Shown: positions 12,183 to 23,400 of the stretch, piece after piece
How the letters are laid out: each line of letters begins with the position of its first letter
Numbering within the stretch: position 1 is the first letter of the stretch
Translations under genes and position numbers: made by a program
The notes under the pieces: model-generated
Seen by the model: only the letters and a program-made list of their open reading frames with translations
Database searches by the model: none
Told to the model about the DNA's origin: nothing
Origin: Chrysochromulina tobinii
Taxonomy: Eukaryota
Reading direction: 5' to 3'
Assembly (NCBI GenBank): GCA_001275005.1
Contig: JWZX01003216.1
Location: forward strand, 1-48,883
Length of the DNA stretch: 48,883 nt

Positions 12183-13421
12183 ATGGTGGAAGCCGAGTGT
12201 GCCACGCACACTTGGCAGGTGCGCACGACGCCCGAGGGCAAGAAGTTTTACTTCAACAAGGTGACCAAGAAGCGCGTGTGGAAGCGACCTCCGGAGATGG
12301 CTGAGGCGGAAGAAGTTACTCACCATCTGACGGCTATGAAAGAGGACTTGGCCACCTGCCCTTCCTCTCCCAAATCGTCGCACAGCCTTGATCAGCAGCA
12401 GGGTGGTTGCGACGCCGATAGCGGCCGCGGCATTGCTCCGGATGTGGGTGACATCCCCGACACTGGTGCGAGCAGCAGCGGCCTGATGCAGGATGATGAC
12501 GGCTTCTGGGTGCGCACGGATAGCCTCGAGGATGAGTATCTGACCTTCACGCCGGCCATCTCTGTCGTCATCAAGGACACAGCTGTCTCCGTGGACCCGA
12601 AGCAGCTTCGGCAAGCGGTGGAGTCGCTCCAGATGGCGCTTCCGCCCGCGCCACCCCCCGCAGGTCGGCGTCCCCGCGCATCCCAGGCGCTGTCCCAGGC
12701 GCCCCCTGGCACCGCCCCCTCGCAGCCGGCCTCGATCAGACGGACGTCGCTGCAGCCACCCGCTGCTTCGAAGCCGCTGCCGTCCCGTGGCAAATGCAGC
12801 AGCACAACTCAAGGCAACAGTCTCGGCGGCGGCGGCAACAGTAGCGGCGGCGGCAGCAGCGGCGGCGGCGGCAGCAGCGGCGACGGCGGCAGCAGCGGCG
12901 GCAGCAGTAGTAGCATCGCTGCCATCCCAACGGCCTCTGCAGCACCATCGCACCCGCCGCCACCGCCCGAGGCTTCTTTGCCACCGCCTCCGGCTGCATC
13001 CTTCTTCACCACCACCACATCGAGCACGCTCGACACGCTGGCAAGGCTGCCCGACCCCACTGTTCCCACAGAGCGCCCTGGTGAGCGCCGCCGTCGCACG
13101 GCGGCGATGGAGGCATACCTGGCGTCCATCGCGGCACAGGCCGCGCAAACCGCTCAGGCTGCGCAGGCGGACTTGAGCAACGAGAGCCGGACGGCGTGCC
13201 CGCCCACATCCGCGTCGGCGCCCGCGCCGGCATCCAAGCCCGCGCCTGCGCCGGCATCCACGCCCGCGCCTGCGCTCGCGGCGCCATCCGCGCCGAGGCC
13301 CGCGCCGAAGCCTGAGCCCGCGCCGTCTGTATCGGCACGGCCACGGGCTCACGCCGTCGCCACGCCAGCAGTGGCGCCCGTCAGCGCCCAGCCAGTGGAG
13401 GAGGAGGATGAGTGGCTCTGA
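12183..13421 (+). CDS. WW-domain protein with long Pro/Ala/Gly-rich low-complexity tail
   Basis: 412-aa ATG ORF; WQVRTTPEGKKFYFNKVTKKRVWKRP is a canonical WW domain; the protein ends in acidic EEEDEWL. Confidence 0.75.
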   Translation: MVEAECATHTWQVRTTPEGKKFYFNKVTKKRVWKRPPEMAEAEEVTHHLTAMKEDLATCPSSPKSSHSLDQQQGGCDADSGRGIAPDVGDIPDTGASSSGLMQDDDGFWVRTDSLEDEYLTFTPAISVVIKDTAVSVDPKQLRQAVESLQMALPPAPPPAGRRPRASQALSQAPPGTAPSQPASIRRTSLQPPAASKPLPSRGKCSSTTQGNSLGGGGNSSGGGSSGGGGSSGDGGSSGGSSSSIAAIPTASAAPSHPPPPPEASLPPPPAASFFTTTTSSTLDTLARLPDPTVPTERPGERRRRTAAMEAYLASIAAQAAQTAQAAQADLSNESRTACPPTSASAPAPASKPAPAPASTPAPALAAPSAPRPAPKPEPAPSVSARPRAHAVATPAVAPVSAQPVEEEDEWL

Positions 13422-13597
13422 TCAATGCCACAATGCGTGTTCCTGTAGCGGTCATACTAGTTATATGTGAGTAGTTATGTGTGAGGACAGCCTGGAACCC
13501 TCTTAGACGTCCTTCTATTCTGGAACTGGCTATTTACTTTTCCATTCACAGGAACTTTCATAGTGTGAAACGCCTTTTATCAGGCTGTGAAAACAGA

Positions 13598-14668
13598 ATG
13601 GCCGCCTCATCCTCAGCCGATGGTGGAAGGACCGCCGCCGACGTGTGGAAGAACCTCGTCTCCGTGCCGACGCGCGCCCTGTGCAAGCGTCACATGCGGG
13701 CGACGGCGTGCGACAAGGCGCACGTGCAGGCCATCCTGCATGAGTACAAGCGCTTCCTCGTGCTCAAGGTGCTCGCAGCTGACTTTGAGGACACGGCGCT
13801 CGCAGCGCCGCCGGCCGTGCTGCAGATGTGGGAGGCGCACGTGCTCGACACGGCCGCCTACGCGGAGAGCTGCCACGTCGTGTGTGGCCAGATGGTCCAC
13901 CGGTCGCCGGACGTGGACGAGGACACGGACGCGGCACGACGCTCGCGCCGCTGCCACCTGTCGCTCGTGCTCTACCGCAAGCACTTTGGTGAGCCGCCGC
14001 CGAAGGAAGTGTGGTACTTTGGCGAGCTCGCGCCACTCAGCCCAGACGAGGCAACGCGCCTCGAGGACGAGGCGCCCGCCGCGAAGCGGCGGCGCGCGGG
14101 CGGCGGCGCGGCGCAGTCGATCGGCGTGTCCGTGCAGGCGCCGTTCCTGGCACTCCGATCGTTCACCATCAGCGCCGACGCAAGCATCGGCCAGCTCTTC
14201 GACGAGTTCGTGCGAGCCAGCGGCGCAAACCACCTGGTCGCCGGCCGGCGCACGCAAGCTCCTCCAACGACGCGGTTGCGACTGGATAGCACGTGGCTTC
14301 ACGATCTGCAGACGTTGCGCGACGTCGGGTGCCGCGAGGGCTCCGTGGTTATGGTGGCGGTGCCCCAGGAGCGTCGCTCCCGCGAGGAGCTGTGCCTGAC
14401 CGTCAGGGATGCCAAGGCGGGGGATACGGCCACCATCTTCATACGCCCAGCGGACGGCATGCTCGCGCTCATGCAGGCTGCTCAGGACACGCTCGGCGTG
14501 CCCGTTGACTGCCAGACTCTCATCTTCAAAGGACGCGTGCTCAGTGCCGCCGAGACCGTTGAGGCGTGCGGCCTCGTCGATGGAAGCACCGTGCACCTCG
14601 CCATAGGCAAGCGGCGCCAAAAGGAGGCGCAACTCAGTCCAGGCGGCACGTGGCGCATCCCTGACTAA
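13598..14668 (+). CDS. GRDP/DUF1399-like N-terminal domain plus one clear and one divergent ubiquitin-like domain
   Basis: ILHEYKRFLVLK..LAAPPAVLQMWEAHVLDTAAYAESC..MVH..LYRKHFGEPPPKEVW resembles the glycine-rich-domain-protein family core. QDTLGVPVDCQTLIFKGRVLSAAETVEACGLVDGSTVHL is ubiquitin-like. Confidence 0.7.
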   Translation: MAASSSADGGRTAADVWKNLVSVPTRALCKRHMRATACDKAHVQAILHEYKRFLVLKVLAADFEDTALAAPPAVLQMWEAHVLDTAAYAESCHVVCGQMVHRSPDVDEDTDAARRSRRCHLSLVLYRKHFGEPPPKEVWYFGELAPLSPDEATRLEDEAPAAKRRRAGGGAAQSIGVSVQAPFLALRSFTISADASIGQLFDEFVRASGANHLVAGRRTQAPPTTRLRLDSTWLHDLQTLRDVGCREGSVVMVAVPQERRSREELCLTVRDAKAGDTATIFIRPADGMLALMQAAQDTLGVPVDCQTLIFKGRVLSAAETVEACGLVDGSTVHLAIGKRRQKEAQLSPGGTWRIPD

Positions 14669-15107
14669 ATAGCTAGAAACACGCCGCCGCACGAAATGGC
14701 AGCGTACACCTGGTGAGGGGTTACCCAGGCATAAAGAGCGTGTACGGTGTTCCCTGACTGATCAGCACAAGTGTAATTCGACAGCTTTGATCAGTGATAC
14801 GCGGGGAAGTCGACAGCGTGTATATTTCGAACTCGAATTCCGAACACCCAGGGCGAACGGCAAGGACGCACGCGCGCCTCCGCCCTCCCGCCGGCGGCTC
14901 GGCGCTCGCACGGGCTCCGCTCCGCCCCCGTCCGACCGCGCAGCGGCACCGGCTAGGCGCTAGCGCACCAGACGGGGAACATATGATGATTGCATATGCA
15001 CCCTGCGTTACACCCTGCACTGTTGAGCTCCTGTGCTCGACTCCCCGCAGATTTCTCACATCTCGGATCTCGGCCATTAACCCAGCCATGCCGCGCTCTC
15101 AGCCAAC

Positions 15108-16661
15108 TCAGGGGCGCGGATGCGTGAGGACGTACGGCACGCAGAGCGGCAGGCCGAGCAGCGCGCCGATCGCGATGGTGGCTGGCGGGTTATACTTGGG
15201 TCCGAAGTTCTTGGGTCCGAAGTAGTTGTGAATGATGAAGGTCAGGAGCGTGATCGCGCGCTGTGGCGGCGTGCGCACGACGTCGAACAGGGTAAACGCC
15301 GCCGCGATGACGAGGCCCGAAGCGGCCGCGTTCACACCCTTAAGGAAGGACTGGGTGCCTGGGTGGGTAGTCGCGAGTGCCCAAAACGGGAGCGCCGCGT
15401 AGATGAGCAGAAGCCCAGGAAGGAAGAGGCCGAACCACGCAATTATCGCGCCGAGCGGGCCCTGGTACACGCCGCCCAGGTAGGCGGCGAAGTTGAACAT
15501 GGGACCGGGCATCGCCTGTGCGAAGGCGAAGCCCTGCAGGAACTGCACTTCGGACACAAATCTGGGCACGACCTCCGGCAGGAGCAGCGGGAGGACCACG
15601 GGGCCGCCGCCCCACACGAGAGACCCCGCCCGGTAGAAGCGCTCGAAGAGGTCGGCCCACCACGGCGGCCCGAGCCCCTGCCAGAAAACCAGCCCGGCGA
15701 ACAGAGCGATCCATGTAATCAGGCACAGCATTGCGAGAAGGTACGTGACTGGCTGGTCACGTACTGCGGCCGAAGGAGCCTTTGCAGGCCCCTCTTGATC
15801 GGCAAGGAGGCCAACACGCGCCCAGAACGCCTTGAAACGACCCTGGGACGCCTGCAGGCACCCCGCGACGAACAGCGAGAGCGGAAGCACCCATGGAATG
15901 TCCGGTGCGAGCAGGTTCGCGGCTGCCGCGAGCGCGTTGAGCCAGCGCGTCAGAGGCTCGCTCGCGAGCTTGGCCGACAGGTCGAGGGCAGCCTTGATTG
16001 CGATGGAGACCGCGGCCGCGGTGAGACCCATCTGGACTCCCTGGAGCGTCGCTTCCATCTCCGGGGCCATCGAGACCTCCGACGCATAAAAAATGATGCA
16101 ACCGAGGATCCCCATCGTCGTCGTTGCGACGAGCGAGAAGCAAATGAAGGCGACGAGACCGCCGGAAACTCCGCCCATCAGGATACCCATCAAGATCACG
16201 AGCTGCGTCGACGACGGGCCGGGCAGGGCCTGCGTTAGAGCAAACGCCGAGGCGAACGCGGCGTCGTCCAGCAACTCTGGCCGCCATGTCTGCACCTGGA
16301 AGAGCGCGACGTGCGCGGGCGGCCCGCCGAAGGCGATGGCGCCCAGAAAGAGGAAGCGCTTGGCGATGACTGTGAGTGGCACCTGTCCTGCGCTTCGAGT
16401 GGCAGAGTACCAGAGCCAACCCCTCCGGGCGGTGGCAACGGCAGGGGCGGTGGCAGTGTCGCGGGCGGCAGCGGCAGTATCGGGCTCCAGAGCTACTTGT
16501 CCTGCTTCTACATTGGCCAAGTGTTGCCTCTCCACGGTCTCTTCGGCCGTATTTGCGGAGGCGAAGCGTGTGGGGAGGAATTCAGGGAGCGGCGGCGGAG
16601 ATGCTGCTGGCGAAGGGGGCGCAGGCTGGAAGGAGTCGGCCATATTCCAAGTTCGAGACAT
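15108..16661 (-). CDS. chrA: chromate ion transporter (CHR family, long-chain bidomain)
   Basis: FLFLGAIAFGGPPAHVA, ALTQALPGPSSTQ, RAGSLVWGGGPVVLPLL, FLQGFAFAQAMPGPMFNFAAYLG, FLKGVNAAASGL; intronless. Confidence 0.92.
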   Translation of the reverse strand: MSRTWNMADSFQPAPPSPAASPPPLPEFLPTRFASANTAEETVERQHLANVEAGQVALEPDTAAAARDTATAPAVATARRGWLWYSATRSAGQVPLTVIAKRFLFLGAIAFGGPPAHVALFQVQTWRPELLDDAAFASAFALTQALPGPSSTQLVILMGILMGGVSGGLVAFICFSLVATTTMGILGCIIFYASEVSMAPEMEATLQGVQMGLTAAAVSIAIKAALDLSAKLASEPLTRWLNALAAAANLLAPDIPWVLPLSLFVAGCLQASQGRFKAFWARVGLLADQEGPAKAPSAAVRDQPVTYLLAMLCLITWIALFAGLVFWQGLGPPWWADLFERFYRAGSLVWGGGPVVLPLLLPEVVPRFVSEVQFLQGFAFAQAMPGPMFNFAAYLGGVYQGPLGAIIAWFGLFLPGLLLIYAALPFWALATTHPGTQSFLKGVNAAASGLVIAAAFTLFDVVRTPPQRAITLLTFIIHNYFGPKNFGPKYNPPATIAIGALLGLPLCVPYVLTHPRP

Positions 16662-16906
16662 ATTCGAGCCTGTTTGATGGGGTGCGTGCGTACTTGCTCG
16701 TGCAGCGTCCTGGACGCGACACCGAGAAGCCCCGCGGTCGGCACCGGAAGCCCCGCCCAAATTTGGAGCATCCGAGCTCCAAAATCTCCGCCGAAGGCTA
16801 AGGCCACTATCGATGCTCTCGAAAGGTGTTCCTCAAAATGGGGTGCACACCCGCGCACGCTCAAGTAAGTTGAGGAATTCGTGTTGAGGAGAATCCTCGT
16901 GGATGG

Positions 16907-17359
16907 ATGCGCTTCCCCCAACTCGCCCCGACGCTGTGCTGCGCGCTGCAGTTTCCGAACGTGCCGTTTGCAATTCTGCGATCACCGGCCGTACGAGCAT
17001 GCGATGCCACCGAGAGCTCGACGGCAGCGAGCTCGAACGAGCCCGTGCTCATCCTTCCCAGCGGCGGAGTCTACGCCGCCGCGGAGGTTGCGCCGGACAG
17101 CGAGGTGATGAGTGCCTCGGAGGAGTACAGCGTGTTCCTGATGAACGACGGCTTCAACATGCGCGAGTACGTGTCGCGCGTGCTCATGATGGTGTGCTAC
17201 GTCGACGAGGCAAGGGCCGAGAGGATCATGATGGAAGCGAACTGGGAATACCAGGCATGCGTGGGGACGTACGAGCGGCCGGTTGCGCAGCACGTGCTCG
17301 ATGGGCTGCGAAAGGCTGGGCTCGAAGCGGCTATGGCCCCATCCAGCGATTTGGTCTGA
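16907..17359 (+). CDS. clpS: ATP-dependent Clp protease adaptor ClpS, probably plastid-targeted
   Basis: YSVFLMNDGFNMREYVSRVLMMV..A.RIMMEA....ACVGTY...A......L...GL matches the ClpS core. The N-terminal extension resembles a bipartite presequence (inference). Confidence 0.85.
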   Translation: MRFPQLAPTLCCALQFPNVPFAILRSPAVRACDATESSTAASSNEPVLILPSGGVYAAAEVAPDSEVMSASEEYSVFLMNDGFNMREYVSRVLMMVCYVDEARAERIMMEANWEYQACVGTYERPVAQHVLDGLRKAGLEAAMAPSSDLV

Positions 17360-17445
17360 CCCTGCTGCTTCTCGTCGGTTGCGGCATCGGCCCTGTCCTC
17401 GGCTGGTCTGGCGGCGGAGGCGGCCGCGTAGGCAACGTCGTCGGC

Positions 17446-20400
17446 ATGCCGGCGGCGGCGGCCACCACCGCGACGGCATGGGCGGCGCCAGCTGCCGCCG
17501 TGACGACAAAGACGGTGCCATGGCAGCGTCGTTTTGTGCACGTGAAGGCCGTCGCGTCCTCGGCACTCGCATCTGGTGCTTGGGAGATCCGCGCTGGGGA
17601 TCCGCCCGCCCTCGCCGCCATCAAACGCCTTGTTGGACTTGATGAGCTCAAGAGACATGCGCAGGAGCTGACGGACGCGGTTGCGCTCGAGCGCGAGCGC
17701 GGCGACGATCCGAAGCAGAAACCTCTCTCGATGGTGCTCACGGGCAACCCCGGCACCGGTAAGCCCCGCTCGCCCAGCATGCAAGTGCTCACCACGGCGC
17801 CCTACCGATGGTCTGACGGGTGACCCCGGCACCGGCCATTCCCTCTTCGGGGGGGGGCATCGCTCGCCCAGCATGCAAGTGCTCACTACGGCGCGCCCCT
17901 CCCCTCCCCTCCCCACAGGCAAGTCGCTCTATGCAGCCCTCTACGCGGAGCTCCTCGGCGAGCTACAGCTGCTTCCACAGGGGCGCGTGGTGCGCGTCAC
18001 GGGTGCGCAGCTGCAGGACGGCGGCGTCGAGGGCCTCGAGAAGCTCTTTGAGATGTTCGACGCGCCTGGTAATGGGACGCTGCAGGTGGGCAAGCTGGCC
18101 GAGGCGCGGCTCGGCGCGGCTGAGGACGGCTGGTGATGGCAAGCCGAGCTTCGGCGCGGCTGAGGACGGCTGATGATGGCAAGCCGAGCTTCGGCGCGGC
18201 TGATGACGGCTGATGATGGCAAGCCGAGCTTCGGCGCGGCTGATGACGGCTGATGATGGCAAGCCGAGCTTCGGCGCGGCTGAGGACGGCTGATGATGGC
18301 AAGCCGAGCTTCGGCGCGGCTGATGACGGCTGATGATGGCAAGCCGAGCTTCGGCGCGGCTGATGACGGCTGATGATGGCAAGCCGAGCTTCGGCGCGGC
18401 TGATGACGGCTGAGCTAGGATGGCCTCCCTCATTTGGTTGGATTGCTTCCTTCATCAGGTGGGTGACACGGTGGAGGCGCGGCGCGAGGGCACGTGGGGC
18501 CACATCGGACGGATCGTCCATCACTGCACTCGGACCGATGCGCGGTCGCCCTATCGTGACACGTACGACGTGCACTTCGGGGCACAGGTGAGCTTCTGAC
18601 TACTTACTGATTGCATGCTGATTGCATGCTGATTAAGTACGACGTGCACTTCGGGGCACAGGTGAGCTTCGCACTCTCCAACGGCTCAACGATCACCCGC
18701 CGGGATCACGACTTCGACATCGGAGTGCGTCGCAAGGACCTTCGGGCGCGTGATGACACTGGCGGCGTCCTTCTTGTAGACGATGCGCATCAGGTGATGA
18801 CCTCTGATGGCCGTTTGATTGCCTATGAGTACCCCTGCTTGCCAATCGGAGTGCCATCGATTCTTCACGCGGACGATCCTAATTATGACTCTCATCGGTC
18901 TCGCGGACGATCCTAATTATGACTCTCATCGATGCTTCTCGCGGACGATGCCATCAGCTCGAGCCCGCTGACAAGGGAGCCCAGCATGCAAGTGCTCACC
19001 ACGGCGCCCCACCCTGCCCTCTTCACAGCTCGAGCCCTCGGACAAGGGAGCCAAGCGAGTGCTCTACCAGCTGACAGAGGAGATGGACAAGCGAGGGGGC
19101 AGGCTCGCGCTCGTGCTCGCAGGTAAGCTGATGAACCCTGCTGATGACCCCTTCTGATGACCCCGGCTGATGACCCCTTCTGATGACCCCGGCTGATGAC
19201 CCCGGCTGATGACCCCGGCTGATGATAACGGAGGATGCGGCTCGCGCTCGTGCTCGCTAGGAGAAGCCCATGTTTGAGGAGTACCCGAACCCTAATTGCC
19301 CGACGAACCCTAATCACCCGAATTGCCCGAAGAAACCCTAATTGACCTACTTGCCCTAATTGCCCTAATTGCCCGTGCTCGCAGGGTATGAGAAGCCCAT
19401 GTTTGAGGAGTTGCTCCCGTTCAACAACGGCGCCCTCGGGAGCCGAATCCGGCGGCGCTTTGCCCTGTCCGACTTTAGTGATGACGAGCTCATCAAGCTC
19501 CTCGAGTTTCGTCTGGGCCTGACGAAGCCGTCGTACCGGCTGAGCGATGGCCGTTACGTGCGCGCCGCCGCGCGTCGTCTCGGCAAGGGGCGCGGCAACG
19601 TGGGCTTCGCGAATGCTCGAGCCATCGAGAGTCTAGTCGAGCTGACCGCCGAGAGGCAGACGGCTCGCGTGCTCGCCGAGCGCCGTGCCGGCGCCCAGCC
19701 GGACATTTTCCGCATCGAGCGTGCGGACTTGCTCGGCGCGCCGCCGCGCCTTCTCGAGCCGGAGACGAGCGCGCCGTTGCGGGCGCTGCGCCAGATGGAG
19801 GGGCTGCAACAGGTCAAAGCGTCGGTCGACAGCCTTCTCAAGCTAGCGGAGTCGAATGCGGCGCGCGAAGAGATGGAGCTGCCGCCGATTGAGGTGTTTG
19901 CCACTGATGACCTCTGATGAAGAGATGGAGCTGCCGCCGCTTGAGGGGATTGCCACTGATGACCTCTGATGAAGAGATGGAGCTGCCGCCGCTTGAGGGG
20001 ATTGCCACTGATCACCTCTGATTTCCTCTGATGCCCTTTGATTGGCCTTTTGATCGCCTCAATCGCGTCTTCGTGGGCGATCCTGGCACCCCCGGCATGC
20101 AAGTGCTCATCACGGCGCGGCGCACCTCACAGGTGAGCCTCAATCGCGTCTTCGTGGGCAACCCGGGTACCGGTAAGACGACCGTCGCCAAGCTGTACGG
20201 ACATCGCTCGAGCTGCATGCAAGTGCTCACCACGGCGCTCCCCTCCCCACCCCACAGGTAAGACGACCGTCGCCAAGCTGTACGGACAGATCTTGCGCGA
20301 GCTCGGGCTGCTCTCCAAGGGTGAGATTGTGCTCCCGCGAGATTGTGCTCCCGCGAGATTGTGCTCCCGCGAGATTGTGCTCCCGCGAGATTGTGCTCTC

Positions 20401-23400
20401 GCGAGATTGTGCTCTCGCGAGATTGCGCTCTCGCGAGATTGTGCTCTCGCGAGATTGTGCTCTCGCGACACCCGTGGACTTGATTGCTTCTGCTTGCCTC
20501 TGAGTGGCTCCCTCATTGCATGCAGGTGATGTTGTGCTCGCGACGCCGGCGGACCTCATCGGATCAGCTCTCGGCCAGTCCGAGGAGAAGACCAACGCGC
20601 TGCTTGACAAGGCGCTCGGCTGTGTGCTCGTCATTGACGAAGCGTACGGGCTCGATCCGCTTAGTAGCTTTGGAGGCCCCGGCGGCGGCGGTGGCGCATC
20701 GGGAGATCCGTTTAAGACGGCAGTCATCAACACCCTCGTCTCGCGCGTGCAAGTGCGCTGATGGCCACTAACTGCCTCTCCGAGTGCCTCTCTGATGATC
20801 GCTGATTGCGAGTGCCTCTTTGATGACCGCGATTTGCGAGTGCCTCGTCACGCGCGCATGCAGCCAGGGCGATGCGGGAGCGGACCGGTGATTGCCCCTG
20901 ATTGCCACTGATTGCCACTGATGGCCACTGATGGCCTCCCTGCCTCGTTGCATGCAGGGCGATGCGGGAGCAGACCGGTGATTGCCCCTGATTGCCACTG
21001 ATTGCCACTGATGGCCTCCCCCGTTGCATGCAGGGCGATGCGGGAGCAGACCGGTGCGTCCTTTTGCTTGGCTATCGTAATGAGATGGAGTCGATGCTGC
21101 GCCGCGGCAACCCCGGGCTCGCGCGCCGCTTCCAGCTCGACAAGGCGTTCATCTTCGACGACTACGATGACGAGGCTCTGCTGCGCATCCTGCTGCGGAA
21201 CGTCGAACGTCGTGGCAAGACGATCGCGCCCGAGACGGCGCGGCTGGTGGTCCAGCAGGACCTTGCACGCGCTCGCCTTCGTCCCAATTTTGGCAACGCG
21301 GGTGCGGTCGACAATAGCGTTTCGTCAGCGGTGCTGCGTGCGGAGGCGCGCCTCGAAGCCCTGCCGGCCGAGACACGCGCCTCGCAGACGGAGCTGCTGA
21401 TCTCCGACTTTGTGATCGAGAAGCCGCACGTGACCGACCCTTCGATCATCTTCGACGGTCTCATTGGGTGCGCTGCCCTCTGAGCGCCATCAGAGTGCCA
21501 TCAGAGTGCCTTCTGACTGCCCTCTGATTGCCACTTTGAGTGCCTCTGACAAGGGGCGTGATTGCAACCGCACGTGATGCGATGCCATCAAGGCTCGGCT
21601 GCCTGAGCCCCACGCATGCACGTGCTCATCACGGCGCTCCTTCTCCCCACAGGTGCGATGCCATCAAGGCTCGGCTGACAGAGTACCAAGTGGTCATGCA
21701 GGCAGCCAAGGCCGCCGGCCGGAACCCGATCGATGACCTCGCACTCACGTTTGCGTTCCAAGGGAGCCCGGGGACAGGTGTGACGGCCGTTACGTCTGAT
21801 TACATCTAATTGCGGCTGATTACGTTTGATTGCGGCTCATTGCGGCTCATTGCTACCCAGACTAACGTTGATGACGTCTGTTGGCGCCCCTCCTCCTCAG
21901 GCAAGACGACCGTTGCTCGTCGTATGGGGATGCTCTTCGAGGCGCTCGGCGTGCTCCCCTCCGCCGACGTGGTGCAGGTGCGTCCGCGTCGCGGCGCAGC
22001 CGCGCGCAGCCCCCGAGAAAGACACGCCCGCGCGTGCAAGTGCTCACCTCGGCGCGCGTGGCAGCGCAGCCCCGACCACTCCCGTGCATGCAAGTGCTCA
22101 CCACGGCGCGCACATCCCCTGCCGGAGCGCACAGGTGTCCGCGTCGCAGCTCACCACGGGCTTCGTCGGACAGACTGGCGCGAAGACGCGCGAGATCTTC
22201 GAGTCCGCACGCGGCGCCGTCCTCTTCATTGACGAAGCCTACCGGCTGTATGACCCACTGGGGCGCAGCTACATGCAGGAGGCGATTGACGAGATTGTGA
22301 CGTTGCTCACGGAGGAGGCGTACAAGGGGAAGATGGTCGTCATCTTTGCAGGCTACCAAGGCCAGATGAGCGAGATGCTCGACAAGGTGAAGAAGATGGC
22401 AGATAGCCACTTATGACGCCCGACTGCCACTGATGACGCCCGACTGCCGCTGAGGACGTCTGATTGCCTCACTCATCAGGTCAACCCGGGCCTCAAGTCG
22501 CGCGTAGCGGACGTGATTGACTTCCCCGACTTCACAGCAGCGGCCGCCGCGGAGCTTGCTGCCCTTCAGCTCGCCGCCAAGAAGCTCTCGCTTCCCACAG
22601 GCGCTCTCCCGAGCGCTCTTGAGCAGTGGATGGCGCCGTTGGTGGACGCGCCGTCGTGGGCGAACGGGCGTGACGTCGAGACGTTTGTGAAGCGCGTCAC
22701 AGTCGAATGTGCCACCCGAGGGACCACCACAGTGACGACGGAGGCGCTCGATGCGGCGCTCGTCACGCTGCTCAAGATGAAGGGGAGCGCCGGCGGAGCG
22801 CCGTCCCGAGCGCTCTCGTCGCGCCTGCCTTCGCGCGCCCCGACCCCCCCACCACTCTTCCAGACGGCCGAGCCTGTGTTCTTCACACCGCCCTCGTTTG
22901 ACCTGCAGAAGGCGATCCGGGAGGCCAAGATGGAGGTGAGCAGGGCGGATGGCCACTGATGACGCCTGAATGCCACTGATGACGACTGATGGCCACTGAT
23001 GGCCGCTGATGCCGACTGATGGTCGATGGCCACTTATGGCGGCTGCTTTCCACTGAGCACTGATTGCCCCCCTCATCAGGACGGCAAGGACGACGATGAC
23101 GGCGAGAAGGAGGAGACCGATTTGGCCGAGGCCCTTGAGGAAGCGGTCAAGGCTCTCGGGTATGATGACGATGACGCTTCTCGCGCGGAGCTCGCCGAAT
23201 TGCTTGGCGCTGCTGTGGAAGGACAAGCGAGCTTCCCCGAGGACCTCTCGGCGCGCGTGGCACGTCAGACGGGGATGACGGCCGGCGCGGTTGGCAAGGC
23301 TCTCAAGCGGCAGGCGAAGCCGATGTTGATGGCGGTGACGCAGGCGATCGACTTCCAAAAGCAGGCGAGGACCTCTGATTGCATCATGATGGTTTTCTTT

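Noticed and set aside
18111..18413. Regular 40-bp repeats as a possible CRISPR array
   Set aside because: Head-to-tail units with no unique spacers, inside a spliceosomal intron, and no cas genes.
18601..18610. TACTTACTG resemblance to the U1 snRNA 5' end
   Set aside because: Match is too short and imperfect to support a claim.
19289..19372. CCCTAA-containing repeats resembling telomeric sequence (also 46864-46878)
   Set aside because: Units are CCCTAATTG or isolated, not tandem CCCTAA; too short to call an interstitial telomere.
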